Origin: Dehalococcoidia bacterium
GTDB taxonomy: Bacteria; Chloroflexota; Dehalococcoidia; Dehalococcoidales; RBG-16-60-22
NCBI GenBank assembly: GCA_003141235.1
Contig: PLLL01000092.1
Span: 1,891-65,890, forward strand
DNA length: 64,000 nucleotides
Reading direction: 5' to 3'
Positions 1 to 10,032 of the stretch are shown here, one piece after another. The translations under genes were made by a program, and so were the position numbers. The stretch's first letter is position 1. Every line of letters starts with the position of its first letter. A model generated the notes under the pieces. The model worked only from the letters and a program-made list of their open reading frames with translations. It did not search any database and had not been told where the DNA came from.

Positions 1-513
1 TCCGTCTGTCTGGCCACCGATAAAGATGATGTTATCCTGGTAACGCGTAAGGGGCAGTCAATCTGCTTTGGCGTCTCCAGTCTCAGGGCCGCCTCACGGA
101 CAAGTGGTGGTGTGCGCGGCATGCGCCTATCCGAAGGCGATTCCATCATCAGCATGGACCGGATTGACCCGGAGAGTAACCTGCTGGTGGTTTCCGAGAA
201 AGGCTACGGCAAAATTACGCCGCTATCTGAATACCCGCGGCAGCACCGCGGCGGCGGCGGCGTGAGAACCTTCAAAATCGTTGATAAAACTGGTGCCGTA
301 ACTGCCGCCAGGGTTGTCAATGAAAAAATGCAGGTGATGCTGGTCTCCGCCGAGGGCATGATTACCCTGACCCCGATTAAGGAAAAGGACCCGCGGCAGG
401 GCATCACTACCCAGGGCCGGAGCACGCAGGGCGTCCGGGTCATGGCGCTCGATGAAGGCGATAGACTGGTAGCTATTACCACCCTGGTAGCTATTACCGC
501 CTTTGAAGAGTAA
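1..513 (+). CDS. gyrA: DNA gyrase subunit A, C-terminal beta-pinwheel repeats (5'-partial)
   Basis: Frame 1 is open from base 1 (..VILVTRKGQSICF..SRTSGGVRGMRL..) with GyrA CTD repeats RGGGGV and GRSTQGVRVM. Confidence 0.85.
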   Translation, partial: SVCLATDKDDVILVTRKGQSICFGVSSLRAASRTSGGVRGMRLSEGDSIISMDRIDPESNLLVVSEKGYGKITPLSEYPRQHRGGGGVRTFKIVDKTGAVTAARVVNEKMQVMLVSAEGMITLTPIKEKDPRQGITTQGRSTQGVRVMALDEGDRLVAITTLVAITAFEE

Positions 514-690
514 ACCGCTTCACATCAGGTTGATGAAATCCCTCTCCCACGGTGGGGAGAGGAGAGTAGCGGATTGTCTTTCAGGAGAACATTTGCTTGC
601 CTGCTGCGTAAAGCTGGGGTGATACTATGACCATAAAAGACTTGGGTAGATGGGAAAGTCTGGAAATGGTGCAGAGATATACGAGGTCGG

Positions 691-1269
691 TTAGTTTTCA
701 GGATAGCTTGAAGTTTTATAAAGCACCTTTGGGGGCATCTTTTCCTGACGTATTAGCTGCCACAAGAGGTAGAATCCAATAAACCAAAAGAAAACTGAAA
801 CAAAACCAGGGAATAAATTACTGCGAATTAATTCAAGGACGCTACTTGGTAGTTCAGGAGAGATTCGGCTCACGTCTGGGTCGTCTGGCAAGTACTTCAC
901 CTCGACTGGATAGGGCTGTGTAAGTGTAAGAGAGCGGAGCTCTTGTTTTAATAGTCTATCACCTTCCAGTGTTCCGGCAAATTCTCGACCATCGGAAAGC
1001 TGATATGTATATGACCCACCATATAGCCAATGCAAGCCTCCGCTATCCATAGGTTCAACATCTTCCCATGTGTCGGTGATATAGCCTACGGTAGTTTCGC
1101 CTCTATATATAAGTTTGAACTCGTCCCACACATTGACCACTCCAAAATAAAAGAGGTAGCTGCCTATACCAAGCAGAACAAATATAGCGACAACTAATTT
1201 CCACCGAGCGAGAAGTCTGCTCCTAGTAGGTCGTTTCTCAACCGCATTATTAACAGCAGTTTTGGTCAT
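691..1269 (-). CDS. Membrane protein, DUF3592-like
   Basis: N-terminal TM segment, soluble beta region with V.V.YLPDDP..SR motif, C-terminal TM segment; lies in an AT-rich islet. Confidence 0.6.
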   Translation of the reverse strand: MTKTAVNNAVEKRPTRSRLLARWKLVVAIFVLLGIGSYLFYFGVVNVWDEFKLIYRGETTVGYITDTWEDVEPMDSGGLHWLYGGSYTYQLSDGREFAGTLEGDRLLKQELRSLTLTQPYPVEVKYLPDDPDVSRISPELPSSVLELIRSNLFPGFVSVFFWFIGFYLLWQLIRQEKMPPKVLYKTSSYPEN

Positions 1270-1595
1270 GTCGTGTTTGATTCCTTGCTTTTAACGTTAC
1301 TCGACAAGAATAACATACTCAGTCCAAAGATTAGGGCACAAGCCAAATCAATAGGCTTCCAGATTTCTTTCGTGAGGTATATAGGAACAATCGGGTTGAA
1401 TAATACTGCAATAGAAGCAAACAACCATGTTGCCCATGCTTTGCCCCAGCGATAGGCACTAACGGCTGTAAATATTCCTGTCCCACACACGACCCAGCGT
1501 AAAAATTGATAATAACCGTAGGGCAAAGATGCTACAGCACTAAGTAACATTATCGCAACAATCAGATTTGGTATCAGATGCGGTTTATGTCTCAT
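1266..1595 (-). CDS. Small multi-TM membrane protein (DUF6804-like)
   Basis: LPYGYYQFLRWVVC and LFNPIVPIYL..EIW..ID motifs; 4-nt overlap with the next gene. Confidence 0.7.
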   Translation of the reverse strand: MRHKPHLIPNLIVAIMLLSAVASLPYGYYQFLRWVVCGTGIFTAVSAYRWGKAWATWLFASIAVLFNPIVPIYLTKEIWKPIDLACALIFGLSMLFLSSNVKSKESNTT

Positions 1596-1650
1596 ATACC
1601 AGCACGCTTGCCCCTCTTGTTGTCAAATTCTATCCTTCGCTTAGCATTGA

Positions 1651-1679
1651 GTCAAGTACCCCCACGAACCCCATGAGAG
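1651..1679. repeat. 29-bp direct repeat copy 1 (GTCAAGTACCCCCACGAACCCCATGAGAG)
   Basis: Identical to 2500-2528; supplies TTGAC of a minus-strand promoter. Confidence 0.9.
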
Positions 1680-1743
1680 CAACTGGCATGGGAAGATAAA
1701 GATGGGTGTTTAAATTTGAAAAAGTGCCTTCAGCTTACTAAAA

Positions 1744-2454
1744 CTACGCTTCTGTATTCTCCCTAAATCTTTGCATAATTCTAGGTTCCGAAAGCAATTC
1801 TTTTGGAGTGTTCACCAATGGTCGCCTATCAGACACGAAGCTTTCTACCATTTGCTCACAGTTATTATAGAAATCCGCGTTTGTCGCCCATGCATACTTA
1901 GGAGAAATCTTTAAACCATGCGATATCCAAAATGGCGCTTGTTGTTCGTAATAAATTCGTTCCATGTCTGATGCCTTCTCTGCTTCTTTTGGATAGAGTA
2001 ATCCCCAAATGAGTCCTTGTGCAAACGCCCCTGTGTAGTGAGGGGCTAATCTAGGATCACCCAGAGATTGCCACGGAATAGATTCCCGGCCCATGTCTGC
2101 CAAAGAAGGTGGCGCAATTGCTTGACATGGTCGCTTATTACAATTGGTTACAATGCGTTGGTTCGGGTCAATAGAGTTGAGAAGCTTAGTAGCACTATCT
2201 CCTGACCAGTCACGCAATTGAAAACTATCGGCAAGTGCGTGTACTGCTAAAGCTGGCCGTCCAACTCCGAGACCGATACCAATCTGAATTAAAATCTGTA
2301 CTGCAGAGTCTACCGCCCTTGTATTAACTTCTGCTTTTTTCCCGAACTTTTTTTGAGGAAAACCCATATTCCGCAATAACTGTGCTAAGATGAATTGTGC
2401 CAAGACGTATAGAGATGTGATTGAAGCGTGTTCATTTTTGATGTCTGATACCAT
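1744..2454 (-). CDS. Hypothetical protein
   Basis: 236-aa ORF with upstream GAGG RBS and promoter; no recognisable motif. Confidence 0.6.
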   Translation of the reverse strand: MVSDIKNEHASITSLYVLAQFILAQLLRNMGFPQKKFGKKAEVNTRAVDSAVQILIQIGIGLGVGRPALAVHALADSFQLRDWSGDSATKLLNSIDPNQRIVTNCNKRPCQAIAPPSLADMGRESIPWQSLGDPRLAPHYTGAFAQGLIWGLLYPKEAEKASDMERIYYEQQAPFWISHGLKISPKYAWATNADFYNNCEQMVESFVSDRRPLVNTPKELLSEPRIMQRFRENTEA

Positions 2455-2499
2455 AACGACCTCTTCAGATACTTAAATCTACAACTCGACTGTAGTGTT

Positions 2500-2528
2500 G
2501 TCAAGTACCCCCACGAACCCCATGAGAG
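2500..2528. repeat. 29-bp direct repeat copy 2
   Basis: Identical to 1651-1679. Confidence 0.9.
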
Positions 2529-2672
2529 TTTCCCCAGAAGGATATATTACAGGGTATCTTCTAATTTGAAAAAAAGGCGTTAAATCGGTTTGTTTTTGTA
2601 GCTAAATTGATGCCTTTGAAACGTGAGTTTTGAACCTAAAAGTGGGGCTTTGCCCTCGCAATGACGGTGTTT

Positions 2673-4484
2673 TTATCCCCGTCGCTTATTCAGGCAACTT
2701 TCTGTTTGCTCCAGGCCGCAGGTGTTACAGGCGCTTATACGGCAATCGGGAGTATCCCGTTCTTCTAAAGCGCGCCGGAGTTCCTGTTTCAAGAATGCTT
2801 CACTTACTCCCGCATCGATATGAGACCAGGGGAGTACTTCGTCCGTGGAACGTTCGCGGTAAGCGTAGAAACCGGGTTCCAGTCCGGCATCCGCAAAGGC
2901 TTGCAGCCATTTTTCGTGGTTATAGTGTTCCGTCCACGCATCGAACCTGCACCCCAGTTCCCAGGCGCGGTATATCGCTTTACCGGTGCGCCGGTCGCCT
3001 CGTGACAGGGCGGCCTCCAGCAGGCCGATTCTGGGGTCATGCCAGGAAAACTTGACGCCTTTGATGTTAAGTCCCTGGCGTAGTATTTCCAGCCTGGGAT
3101 GTAACGCCTGCTCATCCAGACGGGCGGCCCACTGGAAGGGTGTGTGTGGCTTGGGGACAAACGTGGATACGCTTACTCTTATCATCGGTTTTTTGCCGCT
3201 GGCCTTTTTACCCTCGGCGCGCACCTTATCCACCAGGGCGACGATGCTCTGGACGTCCTCGAGGGTCTCGGTGGGCAGGCCAATCATAAAATAGAGCTTG
3301 AGGCTGGTCCAGCCGCGCGTGAAGGCGGTGGCGGCTGTTTTTAAAAGACTTTCGTCCGTGATGTTTTTATTGATGACGCGCCGCAGTCTCTCGCTGCCCG
3401 CTTCGGGGGCGAAGGTAAGCCCGGTGCGGCTGCGCGTTGGGAGCGACTCGACGAGCTTGATGGAGAAATCATCTAATCGCAGGCTTGGCAAAGACAGGGT
3501 TAAATTCGGATAGCGCTGGTTCATTTTGGCCACGAGCTTATCGATATCGGCGTAATCCGTGGTATTCAGTGAGACCAGCGAGACCTCGTCATAGCCGCAG
3601 TTGGCAACAAGCTCGCCGGATGCGTCGATTACCTCATCATGGGGACGCTCGCGCACCGGGCGGTAAATCATACCGGCCTGGCAGAAGCGGCAGCCGCGAC
3701 TGCACCCGCGCTGGACCTCGATGGCGGCGCGGTCGTGGACGACCTCGATAAAAGGCACAACCGGCCGCGTTGGGGGCGGCGGCAGTTTGGTGACGATGCG
3801 CTTTTGTATGCGCGGGCTGGCCTCGGAAACGGTGGGGGTAACGCTTTTAATCAGACCGTCTGAATGATATTCGACTTGATACAGGGAGGGGACATAGACG
3901 CCGGGAATCGCCGCCAGCTTTTTAAGAAGTTGTTGCTTCGCTACGCCTTTTCCCTCGCGGTAGGCATCGAGGAACTCAATCAGGACTTCCTCTCCATCGC
4001 CGATAACGAAGGCATCGATGAAGTCGGACATAGGTTCGGGGTTATGACAGCTGCTGCCTCCGGCGATTATCAGGGGGTGGGAGTCGTCCCTATCTACAGC
4101 GCGGACGGGTATTCCGGCCAGGTCGAGCATGTTGAGGACATTGGTGTAGGAAAGCTCGTAGCCGAGCGAGAAACCGATGATATCGAAGTCTTTGAGGGGG
4201 CGCTGGTTTTCCAGGCTGAAGAGGGGAATGCCGCGCTGTCGCATTAAGGCTTCCATGTCCACCCAGGGAGTGTAAACCCTCTCGGCGAGAGTGTCCGGCT
4301 GGCGGTTGAGGATATCGTAAAGGATGGGGACGGCCATGTTAGACATGCCGATTTCGTACGTGTCCGGGTAGGCGAGGGCTATCCTGACGGGGGTTTTAGC
4401 CCAGTCTTTGACGATGCTGTTCCACTCGCCGCCGGTATAGCGGGCGGGACGGTTGACCTGGTGAAGTATCTCGTTGTTGAGCAA
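2673..4484 (-). CDS. TIGR03960-family B12-binding radical SAM protein
   Basis: RPARYTGGEWN, YPDTYEIGMSN, CxxxCxxC (RGCSRGCRFCQAG), FVPKPHTPFQW, C-terminal C..C..CG. Confidence 0.9.
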   Translation of the reverse strand: MLNNEILHQVNRPARYTGGEWNSIVKDWAKTPVRIALAYPDTYEIGMSNMAVPILYDILNRQPDTLAERVYTPWVDMEALMRQRGIPLFSLENQRPLKDFDIIGFSLGYELSYTNVLNMLDLAGIPVRAVDRDDSHPLIIAGGSSCHNPEPMSDFIDAFVIGDGEEVLIEFLDAYREGKGVAKQQLLKKLAAIPGVYVPSLYQVEYHSDGLIKSVTPTVSEASPRIQKRIVTKLPPPPTRPVVPFIEVVHDRAAIEVQRGCSRGCRFCQAGMIYRPVRERPHDEVIDASGELVANCGYDEVSLVSLNTTDYADIDKLVAKMNQRYPNLTLSLPSLRLDDFSIKLVESLPTRSRTGLTFAPEAGSERLRRVINKNITDESLLKTAATAFTRGWTSLKLYFMIGLPTETLEDVQSIVALVDKVRAEGKKASGKKPMIRVSVSTFVPKPHTPFQWAARLDEQALHPRLEILRQGLNIKGVKFSWHDPRIGLLEAALSRGDRRTGKAIYRAWELGCRFDAWTEHYNHEKWLQAFADAGLEPGFYAYRERSTDEVLPWSHIDAGVSEAFLKQELRRALEERDTPDCRISACNTCGLEQTESCLNKRRG

Positions 4485-4809
4485 AGTGCGCCTCCAAACC
4501 TTTTAAGTATAGGGGGAAAAGCAGCTAGTGACAAGTATCAAGCAATAAGGGAAAAAGCCGTTTACAGGAAACGAATCCGTAGCCAGTTGAATGTGAATCG
4601 TTTTTAGGGTTATGTTAAATAACTATGACGTTATGTAAAGGTTTGAGGCTAGAGGGATGACAAATAACCAGACATAATATTATAAAACAAATAGAGGGAA
4701 GGATGGGAAGGGGATTTTGGCGGGGAACCTCTCCCCCTGTGTCCCTCTAGGGGTGGAAGCATGATTACACAGAAGCACGTAATTGCGTAAGAAAAAAAGG
4801 AGTATGATA

Positions 4810-5244
4810 TTATTCCCGAAGCATGGACTTTATGCGCGGTGCTATTTGGTTACTAGCTAATACACCATTTCTTAGGGTATCTACTAACTTAGGGTCCATC
4901 TCAGGCTTAATCAATAACTCATTACTTTCATATTTTTTCATGATTAAATCAATACTTTTCCTGAATATGTTATTGCAGTTGAATATTGAGGGGACGCGAA
5001 AACCACTATATTCTTCTGGTTTGATGATAACCAAAGTTTTAGCGAAGCAATTTTTATAGATTAATTTAACATGAGCAATTTGAGACGAAGCACAAACTAG
5101 AAGTATAATTTCATCTGTGTGTGGGTTTCTATTAATTACTACAAAATAGTGTTTTTCGGTTGATTGGATGTTCTCTTCGCGAAAGTAATATACAGAGCCG
5201 GGTTTTATGCTTGCTTTGATAATCTCCGGAGGAATACGGGACAA
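4810..5244 (-). CDS. Putative toxin (PemK/MazF-like layout) of a toxin-antitoxin pair
   Basis: Immediately downstream of the Panacea gene; KPGSVYY..KHYFVVI..LVCASSQ resembles the PemK-like strand pattern. Confidence 0.5.
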   Translation of the reverse strand: MSRIPPEIIKASIKPGSVYYFREENIQSTEKHYFVVINRNPHTDEIILLVCASSQIAHVKLIYKNCFAKTLVIIKPEEYSGFRVPSIFNCNNIFRKSIDLIMKKYESNELLIKPEMDPKLVDTLRNGVLASNQIAPRIKSMLRE

Positions 5245-5246
5245 AT

Positions 5247-5858
5247 CTACCTCCAGAGCGCTTCAAGGTGGGTGAGTTCATCCAATTGTTTAAGACGAAG
5301 CTCACGTTCTTCGTCGTTTAATTCGTAACATTTGTCGACGGTTTCATTTTCAGGGTCTTCAAAGAAATCTGCTAATATAATATTCTCGACTTTGGAACCT
5401 GAACGTAACGATTCTTCATGTTTTTTCCATTCAGGATAGTGGTGAGTGAAGTCTGAGAGTGACCATTTCTGGTAGTGCCCGAAATTATCCCACGCAAAAT
5501 TGAGAGCTTCGATGTCGGAATCGGAAAAATAGCTGTAATCGACTGGGTGAACTGACTCTAAACGGAGGCCTCCATCTAATGCTTTGATAAATCTAGAGGC
5601 ATAGTCTTTGAAAGTATCGTTTAAATATTCATCGGATTCAGCAATATCCATAATAGTGGAAGGGACTGGTCCCAATTTCATCGCGACATAACAATCGTCA
5701 GATACGAGTCGACAATATTTTCTTAAATGGTAGCGGTCAGAAAGAAAGATCAGCTTGAGAGCTTTCATTTTATTGATTTTACCACCGGCTTTTATAGAAA
5801 AAAAATTGAGGATTTGAGTTGCTTTTTTGTGGTCAAAATTGAAAGGATTACGCGGCAC
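5247..5858 (-). CDS. Panacea (DUF4065/SocA-like) antitoxin-domain protein
   Basis: KALKLIFLSDRYHL, AMKLGPVPS, LSDFTHHYPEW motifs. Confidence 0.8.
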   Translation of the reverse strand: MPRNPFNFDHKKATQILNFFSIKAGGKINKMKALKLIFLSDRYHLRKYCRLVSDDCYVAMKLGPVPSTIMDIAESDEYLNDTFKDYASRFIKALDGGLRLESVHPVDYSYFSDSDIEALNFAWDNFGHYQKWSLSDFTHHYPEWKKHEESLRSGSKVENIILADFFEDPENETVDKCYELNDEERELRLKQLDELTHLEALWR

Positions 5859-6022
5859 TTTTCAACTCCCCTGGCCCTTATTTTATGTAAGGAAGTTAAT
5901 ATCATTATATAATGTGTGTCAACAATAAGCAATCAAAACTTGACGTAATCATGTTATTGACGGCTTATCACCGATGTATAATGGGAAAAGGAAGAGGGAG
6001 GGGCTGCTGACCACCCCTCCCT

Positions 6023-6070
6023 GAGATTCTTCGGTCGTCCCGATTGTATTGGGACTCCCTCCAGAATGAC
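6023..6070 (+). repeat. REP-like intergenic palindrome (GAGATTC...GAATGAC)
   Basis: Shares ends with copies at 13486, 18348 and 24148. Confidence 0.6.
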
Positions 6071-6085
6071 AGGAAGGGGAAAAGA

Positions 6086-6112
6086 AAGAGGGGGGCTTTA
6101 ACCCCCCCTCCC
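6086..6112 (-). terminator. Probable intrinsic terminator after dnaK
   Basis: GAGGGGGG..CCCCCCTC stem followed by a U-rich run on the minus strand. Confidence 0.55.
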
Positions 6113-6154
6113 GAATCAAACCAAATAAAAAGTTTAGTTTAGTAAAGTATAGAA

Positions 6155-8098
6155 CTACACCTCGCGGAACTCGCCTTCCACGGTGCCTTCGTCTTTAGGG
6201 GCTTCGCCGCCCTGGCCGCCCTCGCCTCCCGGTGGGGGAGGAGGAGCCTGCTCGCCGCCGGGCGGAGGTGGCGGTGGCTGCTGCTTGCTGTAAATGGCTT
6301 GCCCAATCTTCTGCATGGACTCGTTCAGGGCCTGTGTCGCGCTCTTGATAGCGCCAGTGTCCGCGCCCTTTAAAGCTTCCTTGACCGCGGCAACCTTGCT
6401 TTCTACTTCACTGTTAAGGTCGGCGGGAATTTTATCCTTGTTTTCGCGCAGGGTCTTTTCCGCCTGGTAGGACATCGTGTCGGCCGTGTTCTTGGACTCG
6501 ATATCATCCTTGCGTTTGACGTCTTCCGACGCGTGCAGTTCCGCCTCTTTCTGCATCTTGTTTACTTCTTCTTTGGAGAGGCCGCTGGAGGCGGTAATCG
6601 TTATCTTCTGCTCCTTGCCGGTGCCTTTGTCCTGGGCGCGCACATTAAGAATGCCGTTGGCATCGAGGTCGAAAGTGACCTCGATTTGCGGCACACCGCG
6701 CGGCGCCGGTAAGATACCGTCGAGCATAAAGCGCCCGAGCGTCCTATTATCATTGGCCATAGGCCGTTCGCCCTGGAGCACATGGATTTCCACACCCGGC
6801 TGGCTATCTGCCGCCGTGCTGAAAATCTGGCTCTTGGCGGTGGGGATGGTAGTATTGCGCGGGATAAGCGGCGTGGCTACCCCGCCGAGCGTCTCGATGC
6901 CCAGGGTCAGCGGCGTCACATCGAGCAACAGCACGTCCTTGACCTCGCCCTTGAGCACGCCACCCTGAATAGCGGCGCCGATGGCTACCACTTCGTCCGG
7001 GTTGACGCTCTTGTTCGGCTCTTTGCCGAAGAACTGTTTCACTTTATCCTGCACGATCGGCATACGGGTCTGTCCGCCCACGAGGATGACCTCGTCAATC
7101 TGGGCGGTCGTCTTACCGGCATCGGTCAGCGCCTGCTTGCACGGCCCCAGGGACTTTTCCACCAGGTCCAGCACCAGCTGCTCCAGCTTGGCGCGGGTCA
7201 GATTGATATTGAGATGTTTAGGGCCGCTGGCGTCGGCGGTGATAAAGGGGAGGTTGACATCCGTCTGCTGGACGCTGGAAAGCTCAATCTTGGCTTTCTC
7301 GGCGGCCTCTTTAATGCGCTGTAAGGCCATTTTATCTTTGCTGAGGTCGATGCCCTGGTCTTTCCTGAACTCGGCAATCAGCCAGTCCATAATCCTCTGG
7401 TCAAAGTCGTCGCCGCCCAGGTGGGTATCGCCGTTGGTGGACTTCACCTGGAAAGTGCCTTCGCCCAGTTCGAGCACAGATATATCGAAAGTACCGCCGC
7501 CGAGGTCGTAGACAGCGACGGTTTCGTCCTTCCTCTTATCGAGTCCGTAGGCCAGCGCCGCCGCTGTGGGCTCGTTGATAATGCGCAGCACGTTCAGTCC
7601 GGCGATGGCTCCGGCGTCTTTAGTGGCCTGGCGCTGGGCGTCGTTAAAGTAGGCCGGCACGGTAATGACGGCGTCAGTCACCTTTTCCCCAAGATAAGCC
7701 TCGGCATCGGTCTTGAGCTTTTGCAGAATCATCGCCGAGATTTCCGGCGGGCTGTATTCCTTACCGCCCATCAGCACTTTGACTTCATTGTTGCCGCCTT
7801 TGGTCACTTTATAGGTCTTGCGCCGGGCGTCTTCCTCAACGGGCAGCTCGCGTCCGGCGGGCTCGCCCCATTTGCGTCCCATAAAGCGTTTGATACTATA
7901 GATGGTGTTTTCCGGGTTGGTGATGGCCTGCCGCTTGGCTATCTGGCCCACCAGCCGTTCGCCGTTTTTACTGACGGCCACTACCGAAGGGAAAAGGCGG
8001 CTGCCTTCGGAGCTGGTAATAACGACCGGCTCGCCTCCCTCCAGAATTGCCACCTCGCTGAAAGTAGTACCTAAATCAATTCCAACTGTCTTTCCCAT
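6155..8098 (-). CDS. dnaK: Chaperone DnaK (Hsp70)
   Basis: [30 protein letters not shown] motifs. Confidence 0.99.
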   Translation of the reverse strand: MGKTVGIDLGTTFSEVAILEGGEPVVITSSEGSRLFPSVVAVSKNGERLVGQIAKRQAITNPENTIYSIKRFMGRKWGEPAGRELPVEEDARRKTYKVTKGGNNEVKVLMGGKEYSPPEISAMILQKLKTDAEAYLGEKVTDAVITVPAYFNDAQRQATKDAGAIAGLNVLRIINEPTAAALAYGLDKRKDETVAVYDLGGGTFDISVLELGEGTFQVKSTNGDTHLGGDDFDQRIMDWLIAEFRKDQGIDLSKDKMALQRIKEAAEKAKIELSSVQQTDVNLPFITADASGPKHLNINLTRAKLEQLVLDLVEKSLGPCKQALTDAGKTTAQIDEVILVGGQTRMPIVQDKVKQFFGKEPNKSVNPDEVVAIGAAIQGGVLKGEVKDVLLLDVTPLTLGIETLGGVATPLIPRNTTIPTAKSQIFSTAADSQPGVEIHVLQGERPMANDNRTLGRFMLDGILPAPRGVPQIEVTFDLDANGILNVRAQDKGTGKEQKITITASSGLSKEEVNKMQKEAELHASEDVKRKDDIESKNTADTMSYQAEKTLRENKDKIPADLNSEVESKVAAVKEALKGADTGAIKSATQALNESMQKIGQAIYSKQQPPPPPPGGEQAPPPPPGGEGGQGGEAPKDEGTVEGEFREV

Positions 8099-8183
8099 TT
8101 AATCTGCCTCCTTTGGCTCATCCATGAATAATATAGAACAAAAATCTTAATAAAGATGTGACAAATATCTAAAATAAACGAAA

Positions 8184-8735
8184 TTATTTCTTATTAACTT
8201 GTTCATCCCCGTTGCCGACCACCACTTTGGCGGCACGGAGAAGTTTATCGTTTAAGGTATAGCCTTTTTGAAATTCCTGAACTACCGTGCCCTCCGGCCC
8301 TTTATCCTGCTTGATTGCTTCGTGAAAATTGGGGTCGAAGGCCATTCCCAGCGTTAACATCGGCTTGACGCCCTGTGCTTCTAGGCTGGACTTGAACTTG
8401 CGCTCCACCAGCTTGACGCCTTTCACCCAGTCGTGGCCGTCGAACTTGGGCGGAATCGAGGCGAGCGCCCGATCCAGGTCGTCGAGGACGGGTAAAAGAC
8501 TGAGAAGCAAATTGGCGTTGGCGTACTTGTTGAACTCCAGCCTTTCCTGCTCCGAGCGCCGTTTGTAGTTAATAAAGTCGGCCTGCGACCGCTGCCAACT
8601 GGCAAGGTATTCTTCAGTTTTCTTCTTTTCCGCAGCGAGAGCCTGCTCTATTTCTGATGTTTCCGGAGCGCCTGCGGCTTCCGGTGTCTCGGGTAAAGGC
8701 TCGCCGTTATTCAAATTATCGCTATCATTTGGCAT
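8184..8735 (-). CDS. grpE: Nucleotide exchange factor GrpE
   Basis: ADFINYKRR, FDPNFHEA, QKGY..LLRAAKVVV; lies between hrcA and dnaK. Confidence 0.97.
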   Translation of the reverse strand: MPNDSDNLNNGEPLPETPEAAGAPETSEIEQALAAEKKKTEEYLASWQRSQADFINYKRRSEQERLEFNKYANANLLLSLLPVLDDLDRALASIPPKFDGHDWVKGVKLVERKFKSSLEAQGVKPMLTLGMAFDPNFHEAIKQDKGPEGTVVQEFQKGYTLNDKLLRAAKVVVGNGDEQVNKK

Positions 8736-8759
8736 ATAAAAATAGATTTTCCTTTGAAG

Positions 8760-9797
8760 TTAGTTTGTCTTGGGGTAGATATCATGGCCGTACAGTCCGG
8801 CGACGAGCTGGCTCAGCACGGAAGACAAATAATATACCGTGGGGATAGTGCGCGAGTAGGGCATGCGCGTGGGGCCGACCACGGCGATGGTGCCGTTGGC
8901 CTGGTCGGGGACGCCGTAATGGCAAATGACCACGCTGCAGTTCTGGATGGCCTCGTCCTGGTTCTCTTTACCAATAATGACATGGACGCCCTGCTGGCTT
9001 AATTTACCCGGCACGATGACTTTCAGCAGGCCGCGCCGCTCGACAAGCTCCATGAGGACACGCGCTGTTTCGCTCCGGGCGAACTCCGGCTGGTTTAACA
9101 TAAAATGCCAGCCTTCGAGGTACGGCTCCTGGTACTCTTTGCTGTCCTCGGCCTGCATTATCGTCACCAGGTAATCGGTCGCCTGCTTTTCCAGCGGGGA
9201 AAGCTCGATTTGTTTGGCGGCAATTTGCCCGCTGGTCAGGCCGTTATAAAGGCTGTTTAACCTGGTGCTGAGGACCGTCAGGGACGGCTGGTTGACCGCC
9301 TCGCTGAAGGTAAACAGCTTTTCTTTGACGACGGCCCCTTCAAGGACGACGACTACCAGCGCGCGGGAATCCTGCAGGGCGATAAGCTCCAGGTGCTTTA
9401 GTTTGGAGTCCGTCGATGTGGGCAGGCTGACCACGGCCACGTTCTGCGCCAGCCGGGCGAGGATAGTGGCGGTGAGGCTCACCCATGCCTCGACCTCTTT
9501 TTCCACCTGGTGAAAAGTATGGCTGATGAGGCGCTGTTCATCCCGGGGAAGCCTGACATCTTCAATCGCCTCCACATAATGGCGGTAGCCCTTATCCGAG
9601 GGGATGCAGCCCGCCGAGGTATGCGGACGGATAAGATAGCCCTCTTTTTCCAGAAGCGCCATCTCGTTGCGGATGGTGGCCGGGCTTATGCCCATCTCGG
9701 CGTTATCGGCGATAATCTGGGAGGGCACGGGCGCCGCCCGGGTGATGTACTCCCCGACGATATAATTGAGTATTAAACTGCTTCGGGCAGTTATCAT
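8760..9797 (-). CDS. hrcA: Heat-inducible transcription repressor HrcA
   Basis: SPATIRNEM, PHTSAG.IPSDKGYR.YV, VVGPTRM.Y motifs. Confidence 0.97.
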   Translation of the reverse strand: MITARSSLILNYIVGEYITRAAPVPSQIIADNAEMGISPATIRNEMALLEKEGYLIRPHTSAGCIPSDKGYRHYVEAIEDVRLPRDEQRLISHTFHQVEKEVEAWVSLTATILARLAQNVAVVSLPTSTDSKLKHLELIALQDSRALVVVVLEGAVVKEKLFTFSEAVNQPSLTVLSTRLNSLYNGLTSGQIAAKQIELSPLEKQATDYLVTIMQAEDSKEYQEPYLEGWHFMLNQPEFARSETARVLMELVERRGLLKVIVPGKLSQQGVHVIIGKENQDEAIQNCSVVICHYGVPDQANGTIAVVGPTRMPYSRTIPTVYYLSSVLSQLVAGLYGHDIYPKTN

Positions 9798-9807
9798 TCA
9801 GCCTCCG

Positions 9808-9834
9808 TTAGCACTCTAAAGCCCCGACTGCTAA
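9808..9834. promoter_or_regulatory. CIRCE operator
   Basis: TTAGCACTC-N9-GACTGCTAA, one mismatch from TTAGCACTC-N9-GAGTGCTAA, just upstream of hrcA. Confidence 0.95.
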
Positions 9835-9840
9835 CAATAA

Positions 9841-9869
9841 ATTTTACCTTGAAATGGGCTTTTTGTCAA
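9841..9869 (-). promoter_or_regulatory. Sigma70-type promoter of the hrcA operon
   Basis: Minus strand TTGACA-17 nt-TAAAAT directly upstream of CIRCE. Confidence 0.8.
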
Positions 9870-10032
9870 GAGTTAGCAGGGTCAAAGGATTGCTAAGCCT
9901 ATAGCATTTTTGGTAGTGTATCAATTTGAAATTAATGAATGAAGATAATTAGTTGGGGTTTGCTCAACTTTACTTGGCAGAAGTGGGGAGGTAAATAGAT
10001 GATGACAAATATATTTTGGAATTGAATTGTTA

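Noticed and set aside
1651..2528. 29-bp repeats as a CRISPR array
   Set aside because: Only two copies, 849 bp apart with a gene between them; no cas genes.
1702..2570. AATTTGA motifs near 1713 and 2563 as IS1-like element ends
   Set aside because: Only about 11-12 of 18 bases match, with no GGTAGT terminus and no target duplication.
6477..8102. Long antisense ORFs over dnaK (and similar ones over aor, moxR, DUF58 and the kinase)
   Set aside because: Shadow ORFs of GC-rich genes with no motifs or RBS.
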